From: an uncultured Verrucomicrobiae bacterium
GTDB taxonomy: Bacteria > Verrucomicrobiota > Verrucomicrobiia > Chthoniobacterales > UBA10450
Direction: 5' to 3'
DNA: 64,000 bases
Assembly: GCA_963756875.1 (NCBI GenBank)
Contig: CAVWPA010000001.1
Span: 224,001 to 288,000 of the forward strand
Part shown: piece by piece, positions 32,491-42,006 of the stretch
Position numbering within the stretch: the first letter of the stretch is position 1
Layout: each line of letters opens with the position of its first letter
The notes under the pieces: generated by a model
The model's input: only the letters and a program-made list of their open reading frames with translations
Databases searched by the model: none
Told to the model about the DNA's origin: nothing
Made by a program: the position numbers and the translations under genes

Positions 32491-34086
32491 TGAAAACAGC
32501 CGCTCCTCCCGCGCATTCGAGAATTCTCATCCTCGATTTCGGTTCGCAGTACACTCAGGTAATCGCGCGCCGTATTCGCGAGTTGCAGGTTTACTCTGAA
32601 ATTGTCCGTTTCGACATCCCGGCGGACGAAATCGCGGAGTTGAAGCCGAACGGCATCATCCTTTCGGGAGGCCCATCCAGCGTTTACGACAAAGGGGCAC
32701 CACATCCCGATCCGCGGATTCTTGCACTGGGTATCCCCGTGCTTGGAATCTGTTACGGCATGCAATTGATGGCGCATCATCTTGGCGGGCAAGTCGAGTA
32801 CAGCGCGCATCGGGAGGTACGGGCCGGGAATGCTGCACGTGACCGACAGCTCGGAATTGTTCGAGGGGATTGCGGACCAGCTCGATATCTGGAGCAGCCA
32901 TGGAGACAGGCTTACCAAGTTGCCGGCAGGGTTTCAAAGCGCCGGACGCACTGAAAATTCTCCTTTCGCCGCAATTGAAGACCAGAAACGGAAACTTTAC
33001 GCGTTGCAATTTCATCCCGAGGTGTCGCACACGCCGCGCGGCAAAGAGATCCTGCAGAATTTTGTCTATCACATCTGCCACTGCGCGATGGATTGGACCA
33101 TGGGTTCCTTTATTGAGGAAGCGTGCGAGCGCATTCGAAAACAAGTCGGTGATGAAAAAGTCGTCCTCGGGTTAAGCGGCGGAGTCGACTCGTCGGTGAC
33201 TGCCGCGCTTTTGCACAAGGCGATTGGCGACCAGCTCACCTGCATCTTTGTGAACAACGGTTTGTTGCGTGCCCGCGAAGAAGAGATGGTGCAACGCGTT
33301 TTCGGCGAGAATTTCCATGTGCGTCTGAAATACGTCGATGCCAGCGAGCGTTTTCTCCGCGCGCTGGAAGGTGTTACCGATCCCGAACAAAAGCGCAAAA
33401 TTATCGGCAACCAATTCATCGAGGTCTTTCAGCACGCGACCGAAGAATTGCTGGCTGAAGATCGGAAGGGCAAGGCGGGCGGACACGGCGGCTACAAATT
33501 TCTCGCGCAGGGAACGCTTTATCCGGATGTGATCGAGAGCATTTCCATTGAGGGCAACCCGTCACAGGTGATCAAAAGTCACCACAACGTCGGCGGATTG
33601 CCGGAGAAGATGCACTTCGAGCTGGTCGAACCTGTGCGACAACTGTTCAAAGACGAGGTGCGGCAACTCGGTTTGCAGCTCGGTTTACCCAGGGAAATCG
33701 TTTACCGGCAACCATTTCCCGGCCCCGGCCTTGCTGTGCGGATCCTCGGCGAAGTCACGCCCGGAAGATTATCAATCCTGCGAGAAGCCGACACCATCGT
33801 TCAAAGCGAAATGGAAGCGGCCGATTGGTATTACAAGGTCTGGCAATCATTCGCCGTGCTGCTTCCGGTGCGTTCTGTCGGTGTAATGGGCGATCAGCGC
33901 ACGTACGAGAACACGGTCGTTCTGCGCATCGTCGAAAGCCAGGATGGAATGACCGCGGACTGGGTGCGGCTCCCGTTTGAACTGCTGGCGCGTATTTCCG
34001 CGCGCGTCAGCAACGAAGTCAAAGGGGTCAACCGCGTCTGCTACGACATCTCGAGCAAACCGCCCAGCACGATCGAGTGGGAATGA
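32490..34086 (+). CDS. guaA: GMP synthase (glutamine-hydrolysing); +1 frameshift at ~32816
   Basis: [38 protein letters not shown]. Confidence 0.95.
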
Positions 34087-34148
34087 GAAGAATTGCGGAT
34101 TTTCGATTTCGGATTGCGGATTAAGAGAAGACCATCGCCGTAAAATCC

Positions 34149-34619
34149 GTGAGCAAGAGCACGCGAGGAAAATCTGCGAGTCGCAAAAAAGCGCGCCCGC
34201 TCTGGAAATGCCCGAAGTGCGGGGAACAATTCACCGGACGAAACGTGTGGCACTCGTGCGGGAAATTTTCGCTCGATGATCTTTTCACGCGCAGGGATCC
34301 ACACGTTCGGAGAATTTTCCACAAGTTTGCGGGGATGGTGCGCGCCTGCGGTCGTTCGCGGACGATTCCGCAAAAGACGCGCGTCGTCTTCCAAACGCGA
34401 GTTCGGTTTGCCGGCGCCACGCCCCGGAAATCCTACCTGATTTGTCATTTTATCCTGCCGCGCAAGGTTAGCTACTCGCGCTTTCACAAGATTGAAACGT
34501 TCAATCCGCGCTGTCACGCGCATTACTTGCGGATCGATTCTGAAAAAGATTTGAATCGCGACGTCGCGCGCTGCCTAAGAGAAGCTTACGCCGTCGGTCA
34601 GCAGAAGCATTTATTGTAG
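34149..34619 (+). CDS. DUF5655-like protein with N-terminal CxxC
   Basis: WKCPKCG...HSC, QKTRVVF, LREAYAVG. Confidence 0.7.
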   Translation: MSKSTRGKSASRKKARPLWKCPKCGEQFTGRNVWHSCGKFSLDDLFTRRDPHVRRIFHKFAGMVRACGRSRTIPQKTRVVFQTRVRFAGATPRKSYLICHFILPRKVSYSRFHKIETFNPRCHAHYLRIDSEKDLNRDVARCLREAYAVGQQKHLL

Positions 34620-34675
34620 GGCGTCTGTGCCAGACGCCATTTTAAAAGCGGCGTTTGGCACAAAACGCCCTACAA
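34614..34675. repeat. GTAG REP doublet
   Basis: TTGTAGGGCGTCTGTGCCAGACGCC...GGCGTTTGGCACAAAACGCCCTACAA. Confidence 0.85.
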
Positions 34676-34722
34676 CTTCGTATTCGACAGAGCATCGGCA
34701 CCTATTTCAGGATTGAATGTGC

Positions 34723-37395
34723 ATGAACGCTGAGCAAGCCCGTCTTCAGGAAAATAGTTCGCCAGAAGAGCCCTGGTATTTTTGGGGCCCGTACCTGGCG
34801 GAACGAGGGTGGGCTACGGTGCGCGAAGATTACAGCGCCAACGGCGACGCCTGGAATTATTTTCCGCACGACCACGCCCGTTCGCGCGTCTACCGCTGGA
34901 ATGAAGACGGAATTGGCGGGATCTGCGACCATAAGCAGCATCTTTGCTTTAGCTTCGCCTTTTGGAACGAGCGCGACCCGTTTCTAAAAGAGCGCCTCTT
35001 TGGCGTAACCGGACCCCAGGGGAACCATGGCGAAGACGTGAAGGAGCTTTACTTCTATACCGACTCGACGCCGTCGCACAGCTACATGTCGATGTCGTAC
35101 CGCTATCCGCACAATGAGTTTCCTTACGGCGAACTCCTCAGGCAAAGCGCTGAGCGCGGTAAACTCGATCGCGAGTTTGAAATTTGGGACACCGGCATTT
35201 TCGCCGACAACCGTTTTTTTGATATCGAGATCGAGTACGCGAAGGCCGGTCCCCACGACATCCTGATTCGCGCGACGGCCACCAATTGCGGACCCGATGT
35301 CGCGGTGTTGCATCTGCTTCCGACCATCTGGTTTCGCAATACCTGGAGCTGGGGCCGGGACAACTGCAAACCCAGTCTGCAGGAGACGGCGCAAAGCGAC
35401 GCGCAGATCGGCGTCATCGATGCGGTTCACGAGGTGCTGGGCAAGTATTGTTTGTTCTGCGAAGACGCTGCCGATCTTTTTTTCACTGAGAATGAAAGCA
35501 ATCTCGAGCGCCTGTGGGGTGTGGCTAATTCAACGCCGTTCCTTAAAGACTCAATCAACGACCATGTTGTTCACGGCAGGATCGACGCTCTCAATCCGCA
35601 GCGTGTCGGCACAAAGGCAGCCGCGCACTACAAATTTGAAATTCCACCTAACGAATCGCGCACGATTCGCCTGCGATTGAAGCGGGGCGACGGGTGGGGG
35701 AAGACACGCGAAGCGTTTCGCGACTTCGACAACCTTTTCGACAAGCGTCGCGAGGAAGCAGACCAATTCTATTCGGATCTCGCGCCCGCGTCCCTGAACG
35801 GCGAGCAGTCCGCGATCCAACGGCAGGCTTTTGCAGGCCTCCTTTGGAACAAGCAGTTTTATCATTACATCGTGGAGCAATGGCTCGACGGCGATCCGGG
35901 CCAGCCCGTCCCGCCGGAAGAGCGCCAATTCGGCCGCAACTCGGAATGGCGCCATCTTTATAACGAACGCGTCATGTCGATGCCGGACAAATGGGAATAC
36001 CCATGGTACGCCTCGTGGGACCTGGCGTTCCATTGCCTCCCGCTGGCGCTGGTCGACGTAAACTTTGCCAAGTCGCAGCTCGATCTCATCGTGCGCGAGT
36101 GGTACCAGCATCCCAACGGCCAGATTCCCGCTTACGAGTGGAACTTTAACGACGTAAACCCTCCCGTGCTGGCCTGGGCGGCGTGGCGCGTTTACCAGAT
36201 CGAGCGCAAACAAAAGGGCAAAGGCGACCGCGCATTTCTGGAAACGATCTTCCACAAAATGCTTCTCACCTTTACCTGGTGGGTGAACCGCAAGGACTCA
36301 GAGGGTAACAATATTTTCCAGGGGGGCTTTCTGGGCCTCGACAACATCGGCGTTTTCGATCGGAACACCTCTTTTTCGGATGGCAGCCGTCTTGAGCAAA
36401 GCGACGGCACCAGTTGGATGGGAATGTTTTCTCTCAATCTGATGCGAATCGCGATCGAGCTGGCGCGTGAGAACCCGGTTTACGAAAATATCGCCACAAA
36501 GTTTTTCGAACACTTCCTTGGGATCGCAGCCGCCATGAACAATCTCGGCGGCAAAGGCGTCGGGCTCTGGAATGAGGAAGACGAATTCTACTACGATATG
36601 CTGCGCACTCCGGGCGGCCGGTATTTGCCGCTTAAGGTGCGCTCGGTAGTGGGACTGATGCCGTTGCTGGCGGTCGAAACCATCCAACCGCAGTTGATCG
36701 ACATGCTGCCTGGGTTCAAAGCGCGATTGGAATGGTATTTGAGACATCGACCCGATCTTGCCAGCCTGGTCTCACGCTGGCAGGAACCGGGCATGGGCGA
36801 ACGCCGGCTCGTTGCGCTCACCCGGGGGCATCGCATGAAATGTTTGCTGCGGCGCATGCTCGATCCCGACGAATTTCTGAGTGACTACGGCGTGCGTTCG
36901 GTGAGCAAGTATCACAAGGACCATCCTTATGTGCTGACCGTGCGCGGCGAAGAAAGAGTGGTCAATTATGAGCCGGCCGAATCGCAGACCGGAATTTTCG
37001 GCGGCAACTCAAACTGGCGCGGACCGGTCTGGTTTCCCATCAATTACCTGCTGATCGAATCGCTCCAGCAATTTCATCATTACTATGGCGATGATTTCAA
37101 AGTGGAATGTCCCACCGGCTCGGGACAGTTCCTGCATCTGAACGAGGTGGCCAACCATCTCTCCAATCGGCTCATCAAACTCTGGATGCGCGACAATATG
37201 GGAGAGCGACCGTGCGAACGCGCATCGCGATATCAAACGGCGCGTGAGGAGGACCGGCAACACCGGTACCTTTTCCACGAATATTTTCACGGCGACACGG
37301 GCGCAGGCCTTGGCGCCTCCCATCAAACCGGCTGGACCGCTCTGGTCGCCAAACTCATTCAGCAGCAAGGCGAATTCGGCACAATCACAAAATAA
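34723..37395 (+). CDS. MGH1-like glucosidase (GH63 family)
   Basis: [44 protein letters not shown]. Confidence 0.9.
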   Translation: MNAEQARLQENSSPEEPWYFWGPYLAERGWATVREDYSANGDAWNYFPHDHARSRVYRWNEDGIGGICDHKQHLCFSFAFWNERDPFLKERLFGVTGPQGNHGEDVKELYFYTDSTPSHSYMSMSYRYPHNEFPYGELLRQSAERGKLDREFEIWDTGIFADNRFFDIEIEYAKAGPHDILIRATATNCGPDVAVLHLLPTIWFRNTWSWGRDNCKPSLQETAQSDAQIGVIDAVHEVLGKYCLFCEDAADLFFTENESNLERLWGVANSTPFLKDSINDHVVHGRIDALNPQRVGTKAAAHYKFEIPPNESRTIRLRLKRGDGWGKTREAFRDFDNLFDKRREEADQFYSDLAPASLNGEQSAIQRQAFAGLLWNKQFYHYIVEQWLDGDPGQPVPPEERQFGRNSEWRHLYNERVMSMPDKWEYPWYASWDLAFHCLPLALVDVNFAKSQLDLIVREWYQHPNGQIPAYEWNFNDVNPPVLAWAAWRVYQIERKQKGKGDRAFLETIFHKMLLTFTWWVNRKDSEGNNIFQGGFLGLDNIGVFDRNTSFSDGSRLEQSDGTSWMGMFSLNLMRIAIELARENPVYENIATKFFEHFLGIAAAMNNLGGKGVGLWNEEDEFYYDMLRTPGGRYLPLKVRSVVGLMPLLAVETIQPQLIDMLPGFKARLEWYLRHRPDLASLVSRWQEPGMGERRLVALTRGHRMKCLLRRMLDPDEFLSDYGVRSVSKYHKDHPYVLTVRGEERVVNYEPAESQTGIFGGNSNWRGPVWFPINYLLIESLQQFHHYYGDDFKVECPTGSGQFLHLNEVANHLSNRLIKLWMRDNMGERPCERASRYQTAREEDRQHRYLFHEYFHGDTGAGLGASHQTGWTALVAKLIQQQGEFGTITK

Positions 37396-37431
37396 TCGAC
37401 TCAGTTCCGAATCGGCTATTAATTTCGGAAA

Positions 37432-37743
37432 GTGATTTTCCACGCCTGCAGAGTGGACGGAACCAAGCTGGGTGAATTCGAGGAACCGGAATTTCAGTCC
37501 AGGCTTTTCGCCGGCGAATTAACCGCGGCCGATTACTACTGGCATGAAGGAATGGAGGATTGGAAGCCGATTTCCGAGTATCGCTTGCTCGCCAAGACCC
37601 AGAAAATCTCGTTCGCTCCGCCGATGCGCGCCACAGTCAAGATCGACATGGACGCCGCCTCGCGCTCCGATCCGCCATCGCGCAAATCGAAACCTCAAAG
37701 CTTTGTTTCTCGTCTTATCGAGCGAATCAAGGGCCGGAACTAG
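37432..37743 (+). CDS. GYF_2/DUF4339 domain protein
   Basis: G.F...GEL...YYWHEGMEDWKPI. Confidence 0.75.
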   Translation: MIFHACRVDGTKLGEFEEPEFQSRLFAGELTAADYYWHEGMEDWKPISEYRLLAKTQKISFAPPMRATVKIDMDAASRSDPPSRKSKPQSFVSRLIERIKGRN

Positions 37744-37867
37744 CTTGCCGCCGCATACGACAGCGAAGAGCGCGAATCTTTAATTCTACTCGTTCACATT
37801 CACATGCTCTCAGTTGGTATTCAGTCAGCAGCCGAGTAAGAGCACGTGTAAGAGCAAGACTAAAGAA

Positions 37868-38194
37868 TCACCGCCGCATAATGTGGATGGCGAGAATTCG
37901 GGCTTGATGACGGGCCAGCAGATAATCGACGAAATCGCCGATGATCGAGTTTGGCTTGTGCCCAAGCTTCGTGACAACGCGGCAAATCAATGTGCCGCTG
38001 CGCGCGTGCCACTCCAGGTTGATCGCGCCGTGAAGATCGCGAGCGCTATGTATTTTCGCCCAGCCATGCGGCCTGCCAGGCTGCTTGGCCCAGACCTTGA
38101 TGAAGCCGAATTTTTTCTCCAACTGCGGGTCGTTCATGATCTTATTGCGCAACGACCCGCGCCCGGTTGTGATCACCTGAATCACCGTTTGCAT
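37868..38194 (-). CDS. Conserved hypothetical protein
   Basis: Clean ORF filling gap; GWAKIHS, GAINLEW. Confidence 0.65.
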   Translation of the reverse strand: MQTVIQVITTGRGSLRNKIMNDPQLEKKFGFIKVWAKQPGRPHGWAKIHSARDLHGAINLEWHARSGTLICRVVTKLGHKPNSIIGDFVDYLLARHQARILAIHIMRR

Positions 38195-38262
38195 CTGGTC
38201 GTTAGGTTCGATCCGTAACGGCGTTTTGCAACGACAAGAATTGCGACGCAACGGCGCCCATG

Positions 38263-38321
38263 TTGTAGCCACGGCGCTCTGTCGCCGTGTCCCGCGCCTC
38301 GACAGAACGGGGCGACTACAA
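38263..38321. repeat. GTAG REP doublet
   Basis: TTGTAGCCACGGCGCTCTGTCGCCGTG...GGCGACTACAA. Confidence 0.8.
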
Positions 38322-38813
38322 TAACGAACGGAACATCACATAAACATCGACATAACCTCTGGCCGGATGCCGAAAGGCTCCCGGTAAAGTGCCCACGATC
38401 TCGAATCCGAACTCCTTCCAGAGGTGCACGGCAGATTCATTGGCGGAAACGACAAAATTGAATTGCATGGCGCGGAAGCCTAGCCGGTGCGCTTCCTGGA
38501 GAGAATGCTCACACATCGCGCGCCCAATGTGGTGTCCACGCGCAGGAGACGAAACCATATAACCTGCATTGGCCACGTGAGCGCCCCCGCCCTCGTGATT
38601 TCTAGCGAGATAATAGCTACCCGTTACACGCCCATTTTGTTCCGCAACGTAGGTGTGTTTGTCCGATCCACACCAGAAAGCCATCGCATCTTTACGCGAC
38701 ATTTGCGCATCAAAGGCAAAAACGTTTTTCTCGGAAATGATCTCACGAAACATCTCCCAGATCGCATTCCGGTCCCCATGGGTCGCCTCGCGAATCGATA
38801 AGGTGGCGTTCAT
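38316..38813 (-). CDS. GNAT family N-acetyltransferase
   Basis: HVANAGYMV, RGHHIGR, AMQFNFVV, GAFRHP. Confidence 0.9.
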   Translation of the reverse strand: MNATLSIREATHGDRNAIWEMFREIISEKNVFAFDAQMSRKDAMAFWCGSDKHTYVAEQNGRVTGSYYLARNHEGGGAHVANAGYMVSSPARGHHIGRAMCEHSLQEAHRLGFRAMQFNFVVSANESAVHLWKEFGFEIVGTLPGAFRHPARGYVDVYVMFRSLL

Positions 38814-38824
38814 TATGGTCTGTG

Positions 38825-38966
38825 TTTGCCCGCGAATTACGCGAATCAGGAGAATAAAATTTCAGTCATGTCTGTAGGTGAAGCTGCTTCTTCCAAAGTC
38901 GCAGTATTCGCGTCTATTCGCGCTTGCCACGCCGTAGCAAGCGAAGGCGGGTGTTTCGCGGGCTAA
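38825..38966. repeat. ATTCGCG 9-10-nt-period inverted repeat with nested mini-element
   Basis: GCCCGCGAA...TTCGCGGGC ends; half copy at 52350-52382. Confidence 0.65.
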
Positions 38967-39415
38967 ATTTTCGAAGGTGCGCCTCGCAGCAAAAGGACGG
39001 CGAGCGCCGCCAGAATCCCAAGATCGAGCGCAAGATGACCCGTAAAACTCCAGCTTTTGCTGGCGTGACCGAAGCAGCCGCACGTGATGTCGAGTCCACG
39101 CGCTTTTGCGACGATCGTCGCGCCGATGAAAATCAACGTGAGCGCGGTCAGGATCGATAGTCCGCCGCGATAAAGAACCCGAACGATCAGTGCGATGCCG
39201 CACAGAATTTCCAGCCACGGCAGATAAAACGCGAGACGAACGCCAATCGCCCATGGCAAAATCTTGTAATTATCGATGTCGTTGGCAAACCCGATGGGAT
39301 CGAGCGCCTTGATCGCGCCGGCATAGATGAAAATGCCGCCGACGATGATATCCACAATTCGCCAGACGAATTGCGGAACAGTTGAAAGTTGAGAGTTGAG
39401 AGTTGAAGAATTCAC
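38963..39415 (-). CDS. MauE/DoxX family redox-associated membrane protein
   Basis: FIYAGAIK, LPWLEI, RGLDITCGCFG. Confidence 0.85.
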   Translation of the reverse strand: MNSSTLNSQLSTVPQFVWRIVDIIVGGIFIYAGAIKALDPIGFANDIDNYKILPWAIGVRLAFYLPWLEILCGIALIVRVLYRGGLSILTALTLIFIGATIVAKARGLDITCGCFGHASKSWSFTGHLALDLGILAALAVLLLRGAPSKI

Positions 39416-39425
39416 GGCGCGGGAG

Positions 39426-39505
39426 GCCGCGGTCAGCGACCGCGGCTACAACATCTGAGTTCGACATTGGGCGTTGGACGTTGGGCGTTGGGCGTTCGGC
39501 GTTTG
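39426..39505. repeat. GTAG REP hairpin plus heptamer (GTTGGRC) tandem array
   Basis: CCGCGGTCAGCGACCGCGGCTACA; TTGGGCG/TTGGACG repeats, complementary to array near 31430-31456. Confidence 0.7.
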
Positions 39506-39507
39506 TT

Positions 39508-39936
39508 TCATCTCTTCTCTTTAAGCCATTCTTCCCAGCCGCCCGCGAGCACATAGACATTTTTTAGCTCCGCTTCGTCACGCAATCGTTTCGCGACTTC
39601 CAGGGCCGCGTTGCAACTCAGGCTGCTGCAGTAAACCACCACCTTTTTTTCCGGCGACCAGCGAGCCAGGAATTGCGGCAGCAATTCGTTCCAGCGGTCT
39701 TCGTTAAGTGAAATCGCTCCGGGAACATGGGCGCGCGCGAACTCGTCGTCCGGCCGCGCGTCGACCCACATGGCGTTGCCGCCCCAGGCCTCTGCCTGCG
39801 CGACTGTTACCAGGTCGGACGCTCGAACCGGTGATTGCCACGAAACCCTGTCCCGAAAATGAATCGCTTCGCCAATGGCCGGCAGGAACGCCAGCGTGAC
39901 GAGCAGCAGTGCCTGTCGGATTGCGCGCGACTTCAC
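39508..39936 (-). CDS. Rhodanese-like domain protein
   Basis: VDAR...HVPGA, VVYCSSLSC, LAGGWEEW; N-terminal anchor. Confidence 0.88.
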   Translation of the reverse strand: MKSRAIRQALLLVTLAFLPAIGEAIHFRDRVSWQSPVRASDLVTVAQAEAWGGNAMWVDARPDDEFARAHVPGAISLNEDRWNELLPQFLARWSPEKKVVVYCSSLSCNAALEVAKRLRDEAELKNVYVLAGGWEEWLKEKR

Positions 39937-39941
39937 ACCGG

Positions 39942-40682
39942 CTAGCGGCTTATCGACGACGAAGGTTTCGCAACTGGGGTCGCGGCGGGGTGCTGTTTGG
40001 CCGCGGACGACATCGCTGGTGCCGGCATTATGCGAGCCGTCGCGTAGAACACGTTGGACGGATAGTTGGGATAATTCGGTCTGATCGTTATCGCCCCGAA
40101 AGCCGCGCGGTTGGTGTCGTGCGGTTGGACAGTAATCAGAAACTCTCCCGAGGCGGGTCCCCGCTGTACCTTTGTCGTAAAATCCGGGTTGGAAGAGGTA
40201 ACATTGAGTTCCGTGATCGCGACCCCTTGATTCGTTTTGACCGTGATCGTCTTGGGTTTTGGTTCTTCTCCGCCCTGCCAGTAAACGAGTACCGGTTTCA
40301 TGGTGAGCAGCTGCGGAATTTCCGTTTTGAGGGTCAGAATCGTAGTAGCACTCTTGGGATCGGGATCGTCGGTTTGGACGGTAACCGTCTTCACCTGTGT
40401 GCCGTTGCGGCCGCCGATGTTGAACGTCGCGGTGATCTCGCCTTTTTCGCCAGGATCAACCTGTTTTTTTTGCGTTCGCGCCGCGGTGCAACCGCAGGAA
40501 GCGCGGACCATCTTAAAATGCAACGGCGTCTTCCCGACGTTTTCATATTTAAAGTGGGCGACGGCTTGCTTGTCGCCAATGGCCGGATGCAGATCGACGG
40601 TGGTCTGTTCCCATTTCAATTCGGCCTGCGCGGCCGCGGCAAGCAGGATCGATAACGCGAGAGGAAGAATGCAGGTTTTCAT
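39942..40682 (-). CDS. DUF1573 domain secreted protein
   Basis: Signal peptide; F.YENVG..PL...ASCGCT. Confidence 0.85.
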   Translation of the reverse strand: MKTCILPLALSILLAAAAQAELKWEQTTVDLHPAIGDKQAVAHFKYENVGKTPLHFKMVRASCGCTAARTQKKQVDPGEKGEITATFNIGGRNGTQVKTVTVQTDDPDPKSATTILTLKTEIPQLLTMKPVLVYWQGGEEPKPKTITVKTNQGVAITELNVTSSNPDFTTKVQRGPASGEFLITVQPHDTNRAAFGAITIRPNYPNYPSNVFYATARIMPAPAMSSAAKQHPAATPVAKPSSSISR

Positions 40683-41603
40683 TTTTTCGAATAGAAACGC
40701 TCAATATAATCAGCCACGGCGTCACGCCAAGTGCGGGGCGGTGTGCCAGTGAGAGATGCGAATTTTGCGGTGGAAAGGACGGAGTACACCGGGCGGCGCG
40801 CGATCCAATCTTTCATCTCGCGAAGTTTCAATGCGCCAACTTTCTTCGCTTTCAGCGGAATGCCTGACGAATGGCAACAATCGAGCGCAAATTGGGCGTA
40901 CTCCTGCCAGCTGCACTCGCCGGTATTCGCAAAATGCAGAATGCCGCGGTAATCAGCGGCGATGTTGGTAGGGACGCCGCGCTGCGGCGTCCGCGGACGG
41001 TGCTCATGGGCATTGAGAAATATCAGCAACATTTCGGCGATATCGTGCGTGTATGTAGGCGTGGAAAATTTGTCTGCGATCGCTTCGACATGCTCTTCTT
41101 TGCGCGCCCGCTCGATGATCGCGTCCACAAAGCTCGGCCGATCCGGACCAAAGACCCACGAGACGCGCACGACGAGGTGCTGCGGTCCAGCGTCCAAAAC
41201 ATTCTTTTCTCCCGCGCGTTTCGATTCGCCGTAAACATTAACCGGGTTTGCCGGATCTTCTTCCGTGTACGGTTCGCGTTTCTCGCCGTCGAAAACGTAG
41301 TCAGTACTGAAATGGATAAGCTTTGCGTTCTTTTGCGTGCAGATTTCGGCAAAGAGCTTTGGCGCTTGCGCATTAATTCGAAGAGCCTGGTCGCGTTGCG
41401 TCTCGCAGAGATCGACATTCGTAAACGCAGCGGTATTGATCAGCACGTCAAAATCGAGCGGCGAGATCCAATCGGTGATTTGTTTTTCATCGCTCAGATC
41501 GAGTTGTTCGTGATCGAAACCCAGGATCTCGAATTTATCGCGATAGGCGCGCATGAGCGCGCCGCCGAGACGGCCGCCTGCACCGATGATGACAATTTTG
41601 CAT
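40679..41603 (-). CDS. rfbD: dTDP-4-dehydrorhamnose reductase; ATG one base out of frame with KIVIIGAGGRLG
   Basis: GAGGRLG, NTAAFTNVD, HFSTDYVFDG, YGESK, RPVYSVL. Confidence 0.92.
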
Positions 41604-41608
41604 TCTTG

Positions 41609-41687
41609 TGTAGCGGCGCTCTATGAGCGGCGCATTATTCTACAAAGTGAACTTCGAGCGACCCCGAACGCTTTCGGGGCCGCTACA
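41609..41687. repeat. GTAG REP doublet containing CCCCGAACGCTTTCGGGG
   Basis: TGTAGCGGC...GCCGCTACA ends. Confidence 0.75.
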
Positions 41688-41689
41688 AG

Positions 41690-41760
41690 TCAATATCTGC
41701 CCGTGAGCTCCAGTAATCGGTTGCCACCAAGCTTCATTGTCGATGTACCACTGAACGGCT
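41690..41760 (-). pseudogene. Relic copy 2 of rfbB 3' end
   Basis: VQWYIDNEAWWQP / LLELTGRY* vs rfbB IEWYMDHPDWWQPLLERAGRY. Confidence 0.75.
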
Positions 41761-41863
41761 CGCATAGAGCGCGGGCCAGGTGGATCGACCGCTCCGCGGG
41801 CGATGCTAGATGTGGCGCCGAAGGCGCACTGCCCAACATCGAGCAAAGGACTGCTCGATCCGC

Positions 41864-42003
41864 CTAGTACCTTCCCGTTCGCTCGAGCAGCGGTTGGCCA
41901 CCAAGACTTGATGATCGATGTACGATTGAATTGTTTCCAGGAGGGCGTGCTCAAAGTTGCGCCGCGGTTTCCATTTCGGTTCGCGCAGCGCGAAAGAAGA
42001 ATC
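41864..42003 (-). pseudogene. Relic copy 1 of rfbB 3' end
   Basis: DSSFALREPKWKPRRNFEHALLETIQSYIDHQ / WW / QPLLERTGRY* vs rfbB 46151-46289. Confidence 0.85.
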
Positions 42004-42006
42004 ATT

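Noticed and set aside
3097..32817. Programmed ribosomal frameshifting in speA, creD, guaA
   Set aside because: No shared slippery or stimulatory motif; uniform +1 pattern fits sequencing error.
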